Assembly (NCBI GenBank): GCA_965112735.1 | Contig: OZ218962.1 | Location: forward strand, 2,232,001-2,296,000 | Length of the DNA: 64,000 bases | From: Phaeosaccion multiseriatum | Lineage: Eukaryota; Protista; Ochrophyta, other classes | Direction of reading: 5' to 3' | Shown: piece by piece, positions 12,109 to 24,179 of the stretch | Layout: every line of letters starts with the position of its first letter | How positions within the stretch are numbered: position 1 is the stretch's first letter | Made by a program: the position numbers and the translations under genes | The notes under the pieces: model-generated | What the model was told of the DNA's origin: nothing | What the model saw: only the letters and a program-made list of their open reading frames with translations | The model's database searches: none

Positions 12109-15100
12109 ATGGCGCTCGCTCTCATAGCTCTCGTCCTCTCTGTGAGCGTAGTGGGGGGCTCATCAGCCCATATCAGGAACGAGGAGCAACAGGCCAAGAT
12201 CCGGAAGGATGCACCCCGAAGATTACGAAAGCAGCATGTACGTACCCAGCAGCCGGAGCTTCTCCTCTCTGTTACATTATATCCCCCTTTCTCCCTCCTC
12301 CCCCGCCTGACTTGTCCAACTCCGCGTCTGCTGTTTCGTACACTGCTGCTGCTGTGGTGTGGTTGCTTGCCTTCTTTCTTTGGCACTTTTCTCTCTCCCT
12401 TCCTTACTTTGCTTTATTACTTGCAGCAGGACATGGTTCGCGGGGGCATCGACCGAAACCGACATCCCAGCCCTGCCTGCCAAGCCGAGGTGCGTCTACG
12501 TCTCAGCTCCACCCTTCTATCCCTCCCAGCGCCAGCAGGCCAGCCACGATCCTTCCTCCCTCCCCTCAGCCACTCGTCGTCTCCCCCGGCCGGACCACGC
12601 CAAGCATTCTGTTTGTGTAGAAGGAACCTTCGCCACATCGCGCAATACACGTCTGCCGCATGCTTGTTGTATGCCTAACCATCTAACCATATAACCATGT
12701 ACCCACTCGCCTCGCCGTCACCCGCCGCCCGCTGTGTGATGTGCCCCTTCTCCTCGCCTCACCCAGGCCGCATACCAGCTGCAAAAGGAGCTTGCTGACC
12801 TCAACTACTATGCCAACTTCGAGTCTATGGGGCGGCACACGCCCACCAACGGAGACGAAACGTCGGAGCTGTTGGTGGACGACTTCAAATACATTGGCAA
12901 CTTTCACAAGACCCTTCCCCACAACGCCTTGGGTGAGTTCCTATCAATGGTCGTGTATTTCCTCCCTCACTGCTGCTGGTGTGCTGGTCAAGGCGTACAC
13001 GAGAGGCGAGTAGAAGGCATTCAGCGTGCTGTAGAGCTGTAGTGAGAACCTAACTCTTTACCTTTCCTTCCCTTCCCACGTTCCCTTCCCTCTTCTTCCA
13101 TTCCCTTCCCTCAGGCGAGGTGGACACAGAGGCCTACGAGTACATGGTGTCGGACTGCATCGACGACGGAAACTTCGAGAGCTGCAGCAGCGTGCCGGGT
13201 GGAAGCGGGGACGACACCGCTAGCCTTGCCAATCCCCTGGGAAGCATGTACTTGCCAGCTCAGGGTAAGAACACAGGAGAAACTAAAGAAAAGATGTGTG
13301 AAGAAGACGAACATCACATACATGAAGCCCAATCAACCATCATCAATGAAGGATGACACAGAGTGGATTGATGACTCCTTTCTTCCTTTCTGATTATACC
13401 GCCCTCCTCCTGCTGCTGTTGCTGCCGCTGCTGCTGCTACTCGCTCGCTCTCTACAGGCGTGATGCCCTTCGCGACCAACACGCCCGCACCGCCATCTGT
13501 GACGAGTGCCTCCCTCGCTGCCCAGTGGGCAGAGACCGCTTGGATGGCGCTCCTCAGAGACGTGCCCTTCTCGGAGTACTCGACCGACCCGATCGCCCGG
13601 ATGGCAGCGGATGGACTCGCCCGTATGCCCGGATACAGCAACGACAACACCAACTGGCGCCCAGGTGGGACTGGAAGCCTCAGGCTTTTTCATTCATTCG
13701 CTCACTCTTGTCGGTCTTTTGGTGTATGAGTGGGAGCTGCCCTCGCCCCCGCGACGCCCGCCTTACCAAGAGAGGCAGTGCCAACGGCAATAGTGTTTAC
13801 AGCTGACACCCCGCGTTGCTCGTTTGTCTGCTTGCTTGCTTGCTGGAACGAATGGTGCGGCTTCCACTCCTTCAGCCATGATCAATGGCGCTATCGACCC
13901 CACCCACCTCTTCCGCTACAGTGTGCAGGGCGGGCTCGATGGACCCGCGGTAAGGCAGCAGCAGGAGCTCGCTCGTTTGCACTATGTTTAAAAGTGTTCA
14001 GCTCACACAATCAGTTCAGCCCTTCCCCTCATTCATACACGCACGCACGCCCTTCCAATCGCACGCACGCACGCACACACGCACGCCCCCATAAAAGGTG
14101 TCCCAATTCCTGCTGCACCCCTACACGATGGACGGCATCACTGTGGACCCCAAGATCACCACTGCGATGCCCAACAACGACTACATGACGACCGTGGAGT
14201 CCTGGCTCAACGTTCAGAACGGGGGAGATCAGTCTGGGAACTACTTTGAGACCGACCCCGTTCGGAGGTGGGTATGGGCAGGCGTATGGGCAGGCAGGAC
14301 ATCGCAGCAGAGGGTTGGGTATGACTTACATCGTCTAATCTAACAAGCAACCCCCTCCCTTCCTCCTCCCTCCGTGGTGGGCCGCAGATATCCCCGCAAT
14401 GCCCGAGACTTGGCCACCATCGCCATTTCGGACCAAGTCACCAGCGGATACGTGCGAGCCGCCAATGTCGCGGGCATGCAACCGGGAAGGCGCAGGGAAC
14501 CCTACGCCGAGGAGACTCGCCAAGGTAAGCTGCTTGGAAAGGCGCTGGATCTTTTGGTGACTTGATCGCTCAGTGCTGAATTCTCCGCCTCCCTTCCGCC
14601 CTCCCTGATATTGACTCTGCTGCTGTATCACCAACACGTAACGTCGCCTCGTCCGATGACGTCATCAGTCGGCTTCGTGACGGGTGGACTCGCCCGCTTC
14701 ATTGCTCAAATCAATGGTGCCGCCGGAGCAGCAGGACCTCACGCTTGGTAAGCTTGGTTGGGGGGTCTGCAGTTCCCATTCCTGTCTCTGCCTTGCAGCA
14801 GCGCCGTGATGCATGAATGTATTGCCGCTGCAGCTCTTTGCTTGGTCCGACCTGACTTGAGCTGACTTCCTCGTTGATGGCTTCACTCACGTGACGCAGG
14901 CGAAAGAAGTGGAATGTGCATCGCCTGCTTCGCCCGGAGGCCTTCGGAGGCCTCGTGCACATGACCATGACCGGTGCCAAGGAGTACCCCCTGCACGACT
15001 CGCTGCTGCACTCGGACTCGACCGTTCTGAGAGAGCTCAATGCCAAGTGGGGCAGCTTCCTCCTTCCTCAGGTGAGACGAAAGGGGAAGTCTGTGCAGCC

Positions 15101-15849
15101 ATTTCGGTACCCTGACTCGTACCCGTATTCCTCCAACAGGTCAACGGCGGTGGTAGTCCCACACACCCCTCCTACCCGGCGGGGCACGGGGTATTCGCCG
15201 GAGCTTGCGTCACCGGTGAGTGATGGCAGTGGATGGGGGGGAGGGGAGGGTGGAGGGCAGATGTGCTTACCTACTCCCTCCCCTCCCTTCCTCTGCAGTG
15301 CTCAAGGCGTATCTCGACCCCACCGGGGACAGGTGCTTCCCAAACGAGATCCTCGTGTCTAGCCCCGATGGTGAGAGCCTCGAGACCTACACAGGCACTG
15401 TGAGCGGCTCCTGCGTGAACGACGAGGACGGCACACAAGAAGCAAGTCGTCTGACCATCACAGGAGAGCTGAACAAGTTGGCTCATAACATCGTCGCCGG
15501 CCGAGAAATGCTGGGAGTGCACTACCGCTGTGACGGCGTGGAGGGCATGAAGCTGGGGGAGGAGGTGGCGATGGCCTACTTGCAGGATGAGCTTGATCGA
15601 CAGGTGGGGGGCGGTGTGGAGGCTCCTGGTTTCACTCACTCACACACTCACTCACACATTCACACAGTCACTCACTCACTCACCTCACTCACGCACGCAA
15701 CCTCACTGCTTGCCCAACCTGCCTGTCCGCCTGCCTATGCCCCACAGCCTGAGTGCTCGGGCGCCCACTACCGCTTCCGGGCCTTCGATGGCGAAGATGT
15801 GACCATCTCCAGACGAACGCGGTGTGATGCCTTCGAAGCCTGCAATTAG
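12109..15849 (+). CDS. Secreted vanadium-dependent haloperoxidase, copy 2, multi-exon
   Basis: Signal peptide MALALIALVLSVSVVGG. Same exon structure and motifs as copy 1 (RHTPTNGDE, KWNVHRLLRPEAFGG, HPSYPAGHG, GREMLGVHYRCDG). Stop TAG at 15847-15849. Confidence 0.93.
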
Positions 15850-15852
15850 CGC

Positions 15853-15954
<102 letters not shown>

Positions 15955-16389
15955 GTGTGCGTGTATGTGAATGATGCTATACCCTCTTAGACTAGACGCA
16001 AGTGCATTTCCTTTTTGAGACTCCCAGACAGAAACCACACGTACGACGGAGTTGTATGGCCCAGATATCATGAGTTGAAGGTCGTAAACTTTAAGCTAAA
16101 ACTGAAACTGGAACTGGCCTTTTGTGCTCTTACTCCTTTCCTCACTCCTCACCCATTCACTCCATCAAGAACAAACTCTCATTTTCCCGCTCTCTGCAGT
16201 CCTCATTCGTTGACTTCGACATTTACCCGCCGTCGGATTCAACAAAAAAGAGGGAAAAATAGAGCTGGCGGTTCCCCCTTTTATTTTAGGTACTATGGCG
16301 CTAAGCCAGAATCGCCAGAGTTGAGGATGTGTAGGGGCACACAACCCATCTCAAACCATCTCTCTTACGTCCAAAGCACAGGGAGGAGA

Positions 16390-19300
16390 ATGCAGGACGG
16401 CATGGCGCTCGTGCTCACCTTCCTCGTCCTCTCTGCTGCCGTCGTCGTGGGTGCTGATGAATCTGCTTATCATGGCTTGGTAGGCGCTTCCTCAGCCGAC
16501 AGGAAGGACGAGCTGTGGTATGATTTCGGGGAAGGCGGCTCCCGGCATTTGCGGAGCAGATCATCATGGAAGAAAGTATGTTGATGATGTCCTGACCCTT
16601 TCGCCGTTCTCGTTGGCCGCCCTCCCTCTGGCTGGGCCTTCTTCTACTAACTCACCCAGTCCTTCACCTTTCCCTGATCTGTCCCCCCTCATCTTCAATC
16701 CACACAGAATAACAAGAGCAACAGGAAGAATAAGAAGGCCAAGAAGAACAAGGCCAAGAACAAGAAGAACAAGAAGAACAAGAAGAACAACAATAACAAC
16801 AACAAAGGAGACAAAGACAGCTGTCGGGCCAGTGTGAGTCGATACTTCGGGGCACCACCCTTTGTCATCCCATCGATCCTCTGTCCCTCCCTCATTTTCT
16901 TCAGACATGGAACCAAATGCGCCCCACTCCCACTCCTCACTCTGGCTGCTTCATTACCTGTTGTTGTCTCTTGTGTAGAGAGGCCCTCTAGCCGGCACGC
17001 CACCTCAATGCCCCGCTCAACGCCTGCCTGTCTGTCTAACTTTCGCCTGCGCTCCCTATGTACGTCTACTTCTGAAGGCCGTATATGGCCTGCAAAAGGA
17101 GCTTGCTGAGCTAAACTATTTTGCTCTGCTGGACATGCAGTCCACCCAGCGCCACCCCCTCACCAACGGAGACGAGACGTCCAAGCTATTGGTAGACGAC
17201 TTCAAATACATTGGCAACTTTCACAAGACCCTTCCCCACAACGCCTTGGGTGAGTTCCTACCCAGCCTCTATCAGTGGTCGTGTAGTTCCTGCCTTGCTG
17301 CTGCCGGTGTGCTGGCTGGGCCATGCGTACACGGGAAGCGAGTGGCAGCCCAAAGACAAAGAGCGCTACTAACGCGACCCTCCTTCGCTTTCCATCCCCC
17401 CTATCCCCTCTCCCCTCTTCTTCCTTTCCCTCAGGTGAGGTGGACGCAGCGGCCTACGAGAGTATGGTGACGGACTGCATTGAGGAGGAAGACTTTTCGG
17501 GCTGCAGCCGGGTGCCGGGAGGAAGCGGAGATGGCACCTTCCCCTTAGCCAACCCCATGGGATGCATGTACATTCCGGCCCAGGGTAAGAGCAAGAAGAG
17601 ACGTTTTAAGAAGACGATGCCTTCCTCCTGAACTGCTGCTGCTTCTTTCGCACTTGCTGCAGGCATGCTACCCCTCGCCAGTAACATGCCCGCGCCACCA
17701 TCTGTGACGAGTGCCAAGTTAGCTACCATGTGGACAGAGACCGCTTGGATGGCGCTCCTGAGAGACGTGCCCTTCTCGGAGTACTCGACGGACCCAATGG
17801 CCCGGAAGGCAGCGGATGGACTCGCCTGTATGCCCGGGTACATCGACGACAACACCAACTGGCGCCCAGGTGGGAAGGAGAACGGCTATAGGCAATGTGG
17901 TTCTTTTGGTGTCTTGGGAGTCACCCTGCCCCTCTGCAATCTTAATGCTTACTGACACGACAACGGCTTACTTGCTCTCCCTCCCCTTCAGCCATGATCA
18001 ATGGCGCTATCGACCCCACCCACCTCTTCCGCTACAGTGTCCAAGGCGGGCTCGATGGACCCGCGGTAAGGCAGCAGCAGGAGCTCGCTCGTTTGCACTA
18101 TGTTTAATAGTGCTCAGCTCCTTCCCCTCATTCATACACGCACACACGCACACACGTCGCCATAAAAGGTGTCCCAATTCCTGCTGCACCCCTTCACGAT
18201 GGACGGCATCACTGTGGACCCCAAGATCACCACTGCGATGCCCAACAACGACTACATGACGACCGTGGAGTCCTGGCTCAACGTTCAGAACGGGGGAGAT
18301 CAGTCTGGGAACTACTTTGAGACCGACCCCGTTCGGAGGTGGGTATGGGCAGGCGTATGGGCAGGCAGGACATCGCAGCAGAGAGTTGGGTATGACTTAC
18401 ATCGTCTAATCTAAACAAGCAACCCCCTCCCTTCCTCCTCTCTCTGTGGTGGGTCGCAGGTATCCCCGCAATGCCCGAGACTTGGCCACCATCGCCATTT
18501 CGGACCAAGTCACCAGCGGATACGTGCGAGCCGCCAACATCGCGGGCATGCAACCGGGAAGGCTTACGGAACCCTACGCCGAGGAGACTCGTCAAGGTAA
18601 GCTGCTTGGAAAGGCGAGCCTCAACGCCCCCCATCACGCGGTCTGAATTCTCTCCTCCTCCCGCCCTCTCTCCCTCCCCCTTCCACCGTAACGTCGCCTC
18701 GTCCGATGACGTCATCAGTCGGCTTCGTGACGGGTGGACTCGCCCGCTTCATTGCCCAAATCAACGGCGCCGCCGGAGCAGCAGGACCTCACGCTTGGTA
18801 AGCTTGGTTGGGGGGTCTGCAACAGCACCGTGATGTATGAATGCATTGCCGCTGCGCCTCTTTGCTTGGTCCGACCTGACTTGACCTGACTTGAGCCGAC
18901 TTCCTCGTTGATGGCTTCACTCACGTAACGCAGGCGAAACAAGTGGAATGTGCATCGCCTGCTTCGCCCGGAGGCCTTCGGAGGCCTCGTGCACATGACC
19001 ATGACCAGTGCCAAGGAGTACCCCCTGCACGACTCGCTGCTGCACTCGAACTCGACCGTTCTGAGAGAGCTCCATGCCAAGTGGGGCACCTACCTCCTTC
19101 CTCAGGTGAGACGAAAGGGGAAGTCTGCGCAGCCGTTTCGGTACCCTGACTCGTACCCGTATTCCTCCAACAGGTCAACGGCGGTGGTAGTCCCACACAC
19201 CCCTCCTACCCGGCGGGGCACGGGGTATTCGCCGGAGCTTGCGTCACTGGTGAGTGATGGCAGTGGATGGGGGGAGGGGAGGGTGGTGCAGATGTGCTTA

Positions 19301-19863
19301 CCTACTCCCTCCCCTCCCTTCCCTCCCTCCCTCCGCAGTGCTCAAGGCATATCTCGACCCCACCGGGGACAGGTGCTTCCCAAACGAGATCCTCGTGTCT
19401 AGCCCCGATGGTGAGAGCCTCGAGACCTACACAGGCACTGTGAGCGGCTCCTGCGTGAACGACGAGGACGGCACACAAGAAGCAAGTCGTCTGACCATCA
19501 CAGGAGAGCTGAACAAGTTGGCTCATAACATCGTCGCCGGCCGAGAGATGCTGGGAGTGCACTACCGCTGTGACGGCGTGGAGGGCATGAAGCTGGGGGA
19601 GGAGGTGGCGATGGCCTACTTGCAGGATGAGCTCGATCGACAGGTGGGTGAGGTTCACACACTCACTCACACATTCACACAGTCACTCACTCACTCACCT
19701 CACTCACTCACGCAACCTCACTGCATGCCCAACCTGCCTGTACGTCTGCCATACCCCACAGCCTGAGTGCTCGGGCGCCCACTACCGCTTCCGGGCCTTC
19801 GATGGCGAAAATGTGACCATTTCCAGACGAACGCGGTGTGATGCCTTCGAAGCCTGTAATTAG
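16390..19863 (+). CDS. Secreted vanadium-dependent haloperoxidase, copy 3, multi-exon (start ATG 16390 or 16402)
   Basis: Signal peptide MALVLTFLVLSAAVVVGA; Lys/Asn-rich exon 2; same catalytic motifs as copies 1 and 2; stop TAG at 19861-19863. Confidence 0.93.
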
Positions 19864-19866
19864 CGC

Positions 19867-19937
<71 letters not shown>

Positions 19938-20210
19938 ATAATAATACTATACCCTCCTTAGACTAGACACAAGGGCATCTCCTTTTTTCTTGAGACTCCC
20001 ACACAGAAACCACAGGTATAGATTTGTTGAAGGTCTTAAACTTTGAACTTTTCCTCTTACTCGCTCGCGAAGGGTCCTTAAAAGTAATCAAAAGTAATCA
20101 ACTTCCCTTAACCACTCACTGCTCACTCATTTCAACCAATTTCCTCTCCTCTCTCATCCCTCTTCCTCTTCGTTGACTTCGACACTTACCCGCCGTCGGA
20201 TTCAACAAAA
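19864..20210 (+). repeat. Diverged duplicate of the vHPO2-vHPO3 intergenic region (15850-16247)
   Basis: Shared blocks in the same order: CGCTTT(GT)n, CTATACCCT..CTTAGACTAGAC, GAGACTCCCA.ACAGAAACCAC and TTCGTTGACTTCGACA.TTACCCGCCGTCGGATTCAACAAAA. Confidence 0.85.
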
Positions 20211-20310
20211 GAGAGCCGGTTGAGCGTGTGTGGAGGGTTATAGATCAAGGGAGATTTTGGTTGAGTGGCATGGAGGGAGGGTGGGAGAGGGGGGAGAGGG
20301 TGGGGGGTTT

Positions 20311-20402
20311 TGTTCTGATATAAGGCATCCCAATATGCCTTCAGTATTATCCGAACGTTTGGATAATACTGAAGGCATATTGGGATGCCTTATATCAGAA
20401 CA
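20311..20402. repeat. Perfect 42-bp inverted repeat with 8-nt spacer (92-nt hairpin); candidate miRNA or hairpin-RNA precursor
   Basis: 20311-20352 TGTTCTGATATAAGGCATCCCAATATGCCTTCAGTATTATCC is the exact reverse complement of 20361-20402; spacer GAACGTTT. Confidence 0.9.
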
Positions 20403-21181
20403 GGGGGAGCGTCTACGGCAAAGCGTTGGAGCGCACGACACAGATGCAGGGGGCTGCGGAGGTGAGGTGCAAGGTATTCAGAGAGGTAGTGCATAATGTA
20501 GTGACATATGGTGTAGCGAGTGAAGTTGAGAAGGGGTACCACTGCCCTACAGATGCATCTTGTGTGTGATGAGTACTTGGAGAAGGAGAGAAAGACGTTG
20601 TCAATAAACCGAAACTTTGCTTCCTCATCTCACCTCACTCACCTTATCCTCACCCCATCTCACCTTCACCTCACCCCCACCCCACCTCACACCCTCACCC
20701 TCACCCCCACCTCACCCCCACCTCATCTCACCTCATGCGCGCATATATCCAGTGCATCACACACGCACACACAAGCGCACGCACGCTCACACACCTTTTC
20801 AGTTTTCAGTTTATGTGACCTCACCAACATCAAACACCATAAACGGATTCGATTTCAAAGATTCTGTGCCTATCCAATGGAGCAGCGTCTGAAGACTCAG
20901 GAGGATCCAAGCGCGCAGTTACCAACCTCGGACCAGAGTGGACAAGCCAAGAGTATGTCAACAAAAGCCGTTCAAGAACAGTTTCGAGCGTTTCATGGTA
21001 TGTTACCTCCCCTTTCGTGTTTGTCGCGATATCTTGTCTCGCGGCGCATACGGCCATTACGGTAAACAGCAGTGCATACCAAAAATATAGGGGTCTTGGA
21101 GAGTATATGGGCTGAGTGCCGTAGACGAGAATGCCGTAGATGTGCGTGTCGTAGCACCGGACACGTACAGTTACAGTGGCG

Positions 21182-22603
21182 ATGAGTAGTGGATGCGTGG
21201 GTGAATGCAAGGACGAACTGGCGAGGACATTGTGGTTCGTGAGCGACAATGCCAATGGTTACTGCGATAATGGAGGAGGAGGGTCCAGTCCTCAGTGTGT
21301 TGGCTGCGGGGAGGGGTATTTCGATACGGACCTGTACGGCAATCCGGCGTGTGTGTCCAAAGCTTTCGTGAAGAGCGTCATGGGCCTGGTGCTCGCCACG
21401 CAGCTCCTTCACCTGGTCCACGTCGTAGTAGTTGTCGGGCAGTACTATCGGCAGATAATGAAGGACCGAATAGTGGTCCCCGTTCCATCTGCTTCGACGA
21501 CCAGCTTCGCCGATGCTCGGACAGCGGACAGACGGGCCCTCACCACGCCGCAGGCCAACCAACAAAGGGAGGGTGGTAGCAAACGAGTCAGGAGCCTTCG
21601 AAAGCTGGGTTCGGCACTTTCCGTCTCAGCAACCCTGATCAACATGGTGCTTCCCATTCGACAGCTTTGGGGTCATGGAAGTCTGGACGATGGCTGGAGC
21701 TGGTCTTGTGTGGCGCTGGGCTTCTGGTGTAACTGTGCCGTAGCCTACACAGTCGGACTGTTGTGGTGCGGAGCACTGCCCAGGACCCTGCTCCAATCCA
21801 GCCCCAAAGTGCTGCATTTGCAGCAACTAGCGACGCAATACTGGTATGTGTACGCTGCAGCGTCGACGCTCTCCTGGGGCAGTGGATGTGTTTGGCTGGG
21901 ATTCCATCCTACCTCCGATACGTTCTGGAAAGTTGTTGCTTGCCAGTTCCCCTTCCTTTGGACTGTGGTGGGCAGCATTGTGCTGGCATGTACTGCCATG
22001 CTGGGCCTCCTCACCCCCGGAGACATGAAAACGGGGGCGAGGGACTACTCCATCGACCGCACCCTCACCACCTCAACAGCAGGAAGGGGGTGTGGTGGTG
22101 AGGGCAGGCCTGGTTTACCGACTCTTTCTTCCAAGTCGTCAGAGGTAGGAGCATCCTCGGCTGGACGGCAGCAACAGCAGCTCACAAAACGGGTTTCGGC
22201 CGAGCAACGCCATCGAGTGGTGAAGGAATGCCACTTCATTCGGTTGGCGGCACCCATTTGTGGGAGTGCTTGCATGGTCATGACCATGTGCTTTCTCGTT
22301 GAACCAATTAAGTCATGGGGGAGCTCTCGACCCCTACTCCACATCGTGCCCTTTGTTATGGTGTGCAATATTTGGGAAATGCTGGCCTTCTCCTTAGTCA
22401 TGAAGCGAGGTCTGAGTCTGAAGAAAGGACCAACTGGGCGGGGGGGAGGAGGAGCAGGACGAGAAGGAGGAAGAGGAGGAGGAGAAGGAGGAGAAGGAGG
22501 AGCAGGAGGAGAAGTGGGAGAAGGGGGAGAAGGAGAAGAGACATCAACGTCGGAAGGAAAGCTAGGGATCTACAAACTAGAGTGTCCCGACGTGGTAGAC
22601 TAA
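21182..22603 (+). CDS. Intronless seven-transmembrane (GPCR-like topology) protein with N-terminal Cys-rich module, paralog B
   Basis: Near-identical N-terminal module to paralog A (GCV..C.DE.ART.WFVSDNANG.CD.GGGG.SPQCVGCGEGYFDTDLYGNPACVSKAF). Shared W.GALPR.LL..SP, T..WGSGCV.LGF.P, EPIKSWG..RP and WE..AF motifs. Confidence 0.8.
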   Translation: MSSGCVGECKDELARTLWFVSDNANGYCDNGGGGSSPQCVGCGEGYFDTDLYGNPACVSKAFVKSVMGLVLATQLLHLVHVVVVVGQYYRQIMKDRIVVPVPSASTTSFADARTADRRALTTPQANQQREGGSKRVRSLRKLGSALSVSATLINMVLPIRQLWGHGSLDDGWSWSCVALGFWCNCAVAYTVGLLWCGALPRTLLQSSPKVLHLQQLATQYWYVYAAASTLSWGSGCVWLGFHPTSDTFWKVVACQFPFLWTVVGSIVLACTAMLGLLTPGDMKTGARDYSIDRTLTTSTAGRGCGGEGRPGLPTLSSKSSEVGASSAGRQQQQLTKRVSAEQRHRVVKECHFIRLAAPICGSACMVMTMCFLVEPIKSWGSSRPLLHIVPFVMVCNIWEMLAFSLVMKRGLSLKKGPTGRGGGGAGREGGRGGGEGGEGGAGGEVGEGGEGEETSTSEGKLGIYKLECPDVVD

Positions 22604-24179
22604 GTGATCACCGGTGGCGTCCGGTGAAGGGCACCTCTTCCTCTCTGAATGCTGGCCTGAGGGGCTATGGATAGCGGCAACAACAGTTGCGCCAGTCTCC
22701 CTGTAACGAGCAGAGTCGAAGAGCCTATTTTCCCCACTCTTTCAGTTTCTTAAGTGATTCCTATTAAGACAAGAAAGACCCCCACTAGCGAGTAGGTTGG
22801 GTATCCCTCAAGGATTCGAATACGCCATCAGTCTAATACACCATCACTCTACACTACAATAATGACTTGGAATGCGGCACTTTTACTCGTCATTTCGCTC
22901 GATTTTTTCATTTTTTTTATAATTTTAATTGAAAAAAAATATATATATCCTTGATTGTTCCAATTGTTTCATTCATTCATTCCTTCATCTGTCAACGGCA
23001 CAGAGACCAGAGGAGTAGCTTGGAGCCTGGGCCCATACTCACTTACTCCGACACACGCACTCACGCACTCACGCACTCACGCACTCACGCACTCACGCAT
23101 TCGCGCACTTGTCCACGCACTCCCTCTTGAGAGTCCTTGACATGCACGCACGCACGCACGCACGCACACGCACGCTCCAGATAAGAGTGTTGCCGACAAA
23201 TGTTCGAGGGAGAGACTTGCCAGCTCTCTTGCCTTTGGCAAACCCTCCCCATTTTGGCCGAGAGAGGAGAGAGGAGAATTCCGACAAACCTTGGGCCCTC
23301 CACAATCCATCCGCGCTCATCCCTAGTCGTCGCCTGGAGTGACTTTGTTCCTTACCTTTCCGACCTTCCCCCCTGCCCGAGCGCGTCTTCGCGTCTTGGC
23401 GCGTCTTCTTGGGCCAGCTGCACCTGCCAGGCCGGGCCGGCCCTCCTCGTCGTCGTCCAGCAGGAGGGGGGCAGTGGGCTCCCAGGGGGGGCAAGTAGCA
23501 CACACACACACAAAGTAACACTCACGCACGCGCGCACGCACGCACACAATTAATTACGTATGCTTTGGATAAAATTCATTCCTTCATACACTATCTACGC
23601 ACGACACGCTCGTATTTGCGTTGTCTCGTCTCGACCGCAGCAGCCCACAGCACTAAGGGCCTTGGCTTGATGGCTCAATGAGCAGTAGTCTCTCTCTCAT
23701 TTTCAGCAGGCCCTTCGGCCTTTTGCCTCAGTCGACCGTCCTCTGCGCGGAGGGTTCGAGAGCGTCTCTGCTGCTGCTCAGAGCAGGAAGGGAGCAGGCT
23801 AAGCAAACCCCGCTCTCTCTCTCTCTCGTTGTCCCTCGCTATCTCTCGCTACCTTATTGTCCAATCTGTCGCTACCTTTCGCGGTCCCCTTTCTCTCACT
23901 GCTATATCGCGCACTCTCTCCCCCTGCCTCCCTCCCCCTCACGCATCCTCTGAGTCAGTCCATCCTGCCCTTTATCGCACCGCTACCAAGCCCCGGGGAT
24001 GAAGGTGAGACGAAGATGCAGAGAGTAGTAAGCAACAATGCCTCCTCACGACACAATCCCCTCTTCGCTCCTTCACCTCTCACAACGAGGAGCAAAAGTC
24101 TTGATAGTAGCCCAACAAGAACCGCCCGCACGCCATCCACCAACCAACCCACCAACCCACCAACCAACCGCAGCCCCTT

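Noticed and set aside
20877-21065. Short ATG-initiated segment MEQRLKTQEDP... upstream of 7TM paralog B
   Set aside because: No homology recognised, no counterpart upstream of paralog A, and no clear in-frame acceptor.
23077-23830. Exon-like minus-strand segments downstream of the ankyrin ORF
   Set aside because: Could be further ankyrin-gene exons or a small gene, but there is no recognisable domain and I could not build a consistent splice model.
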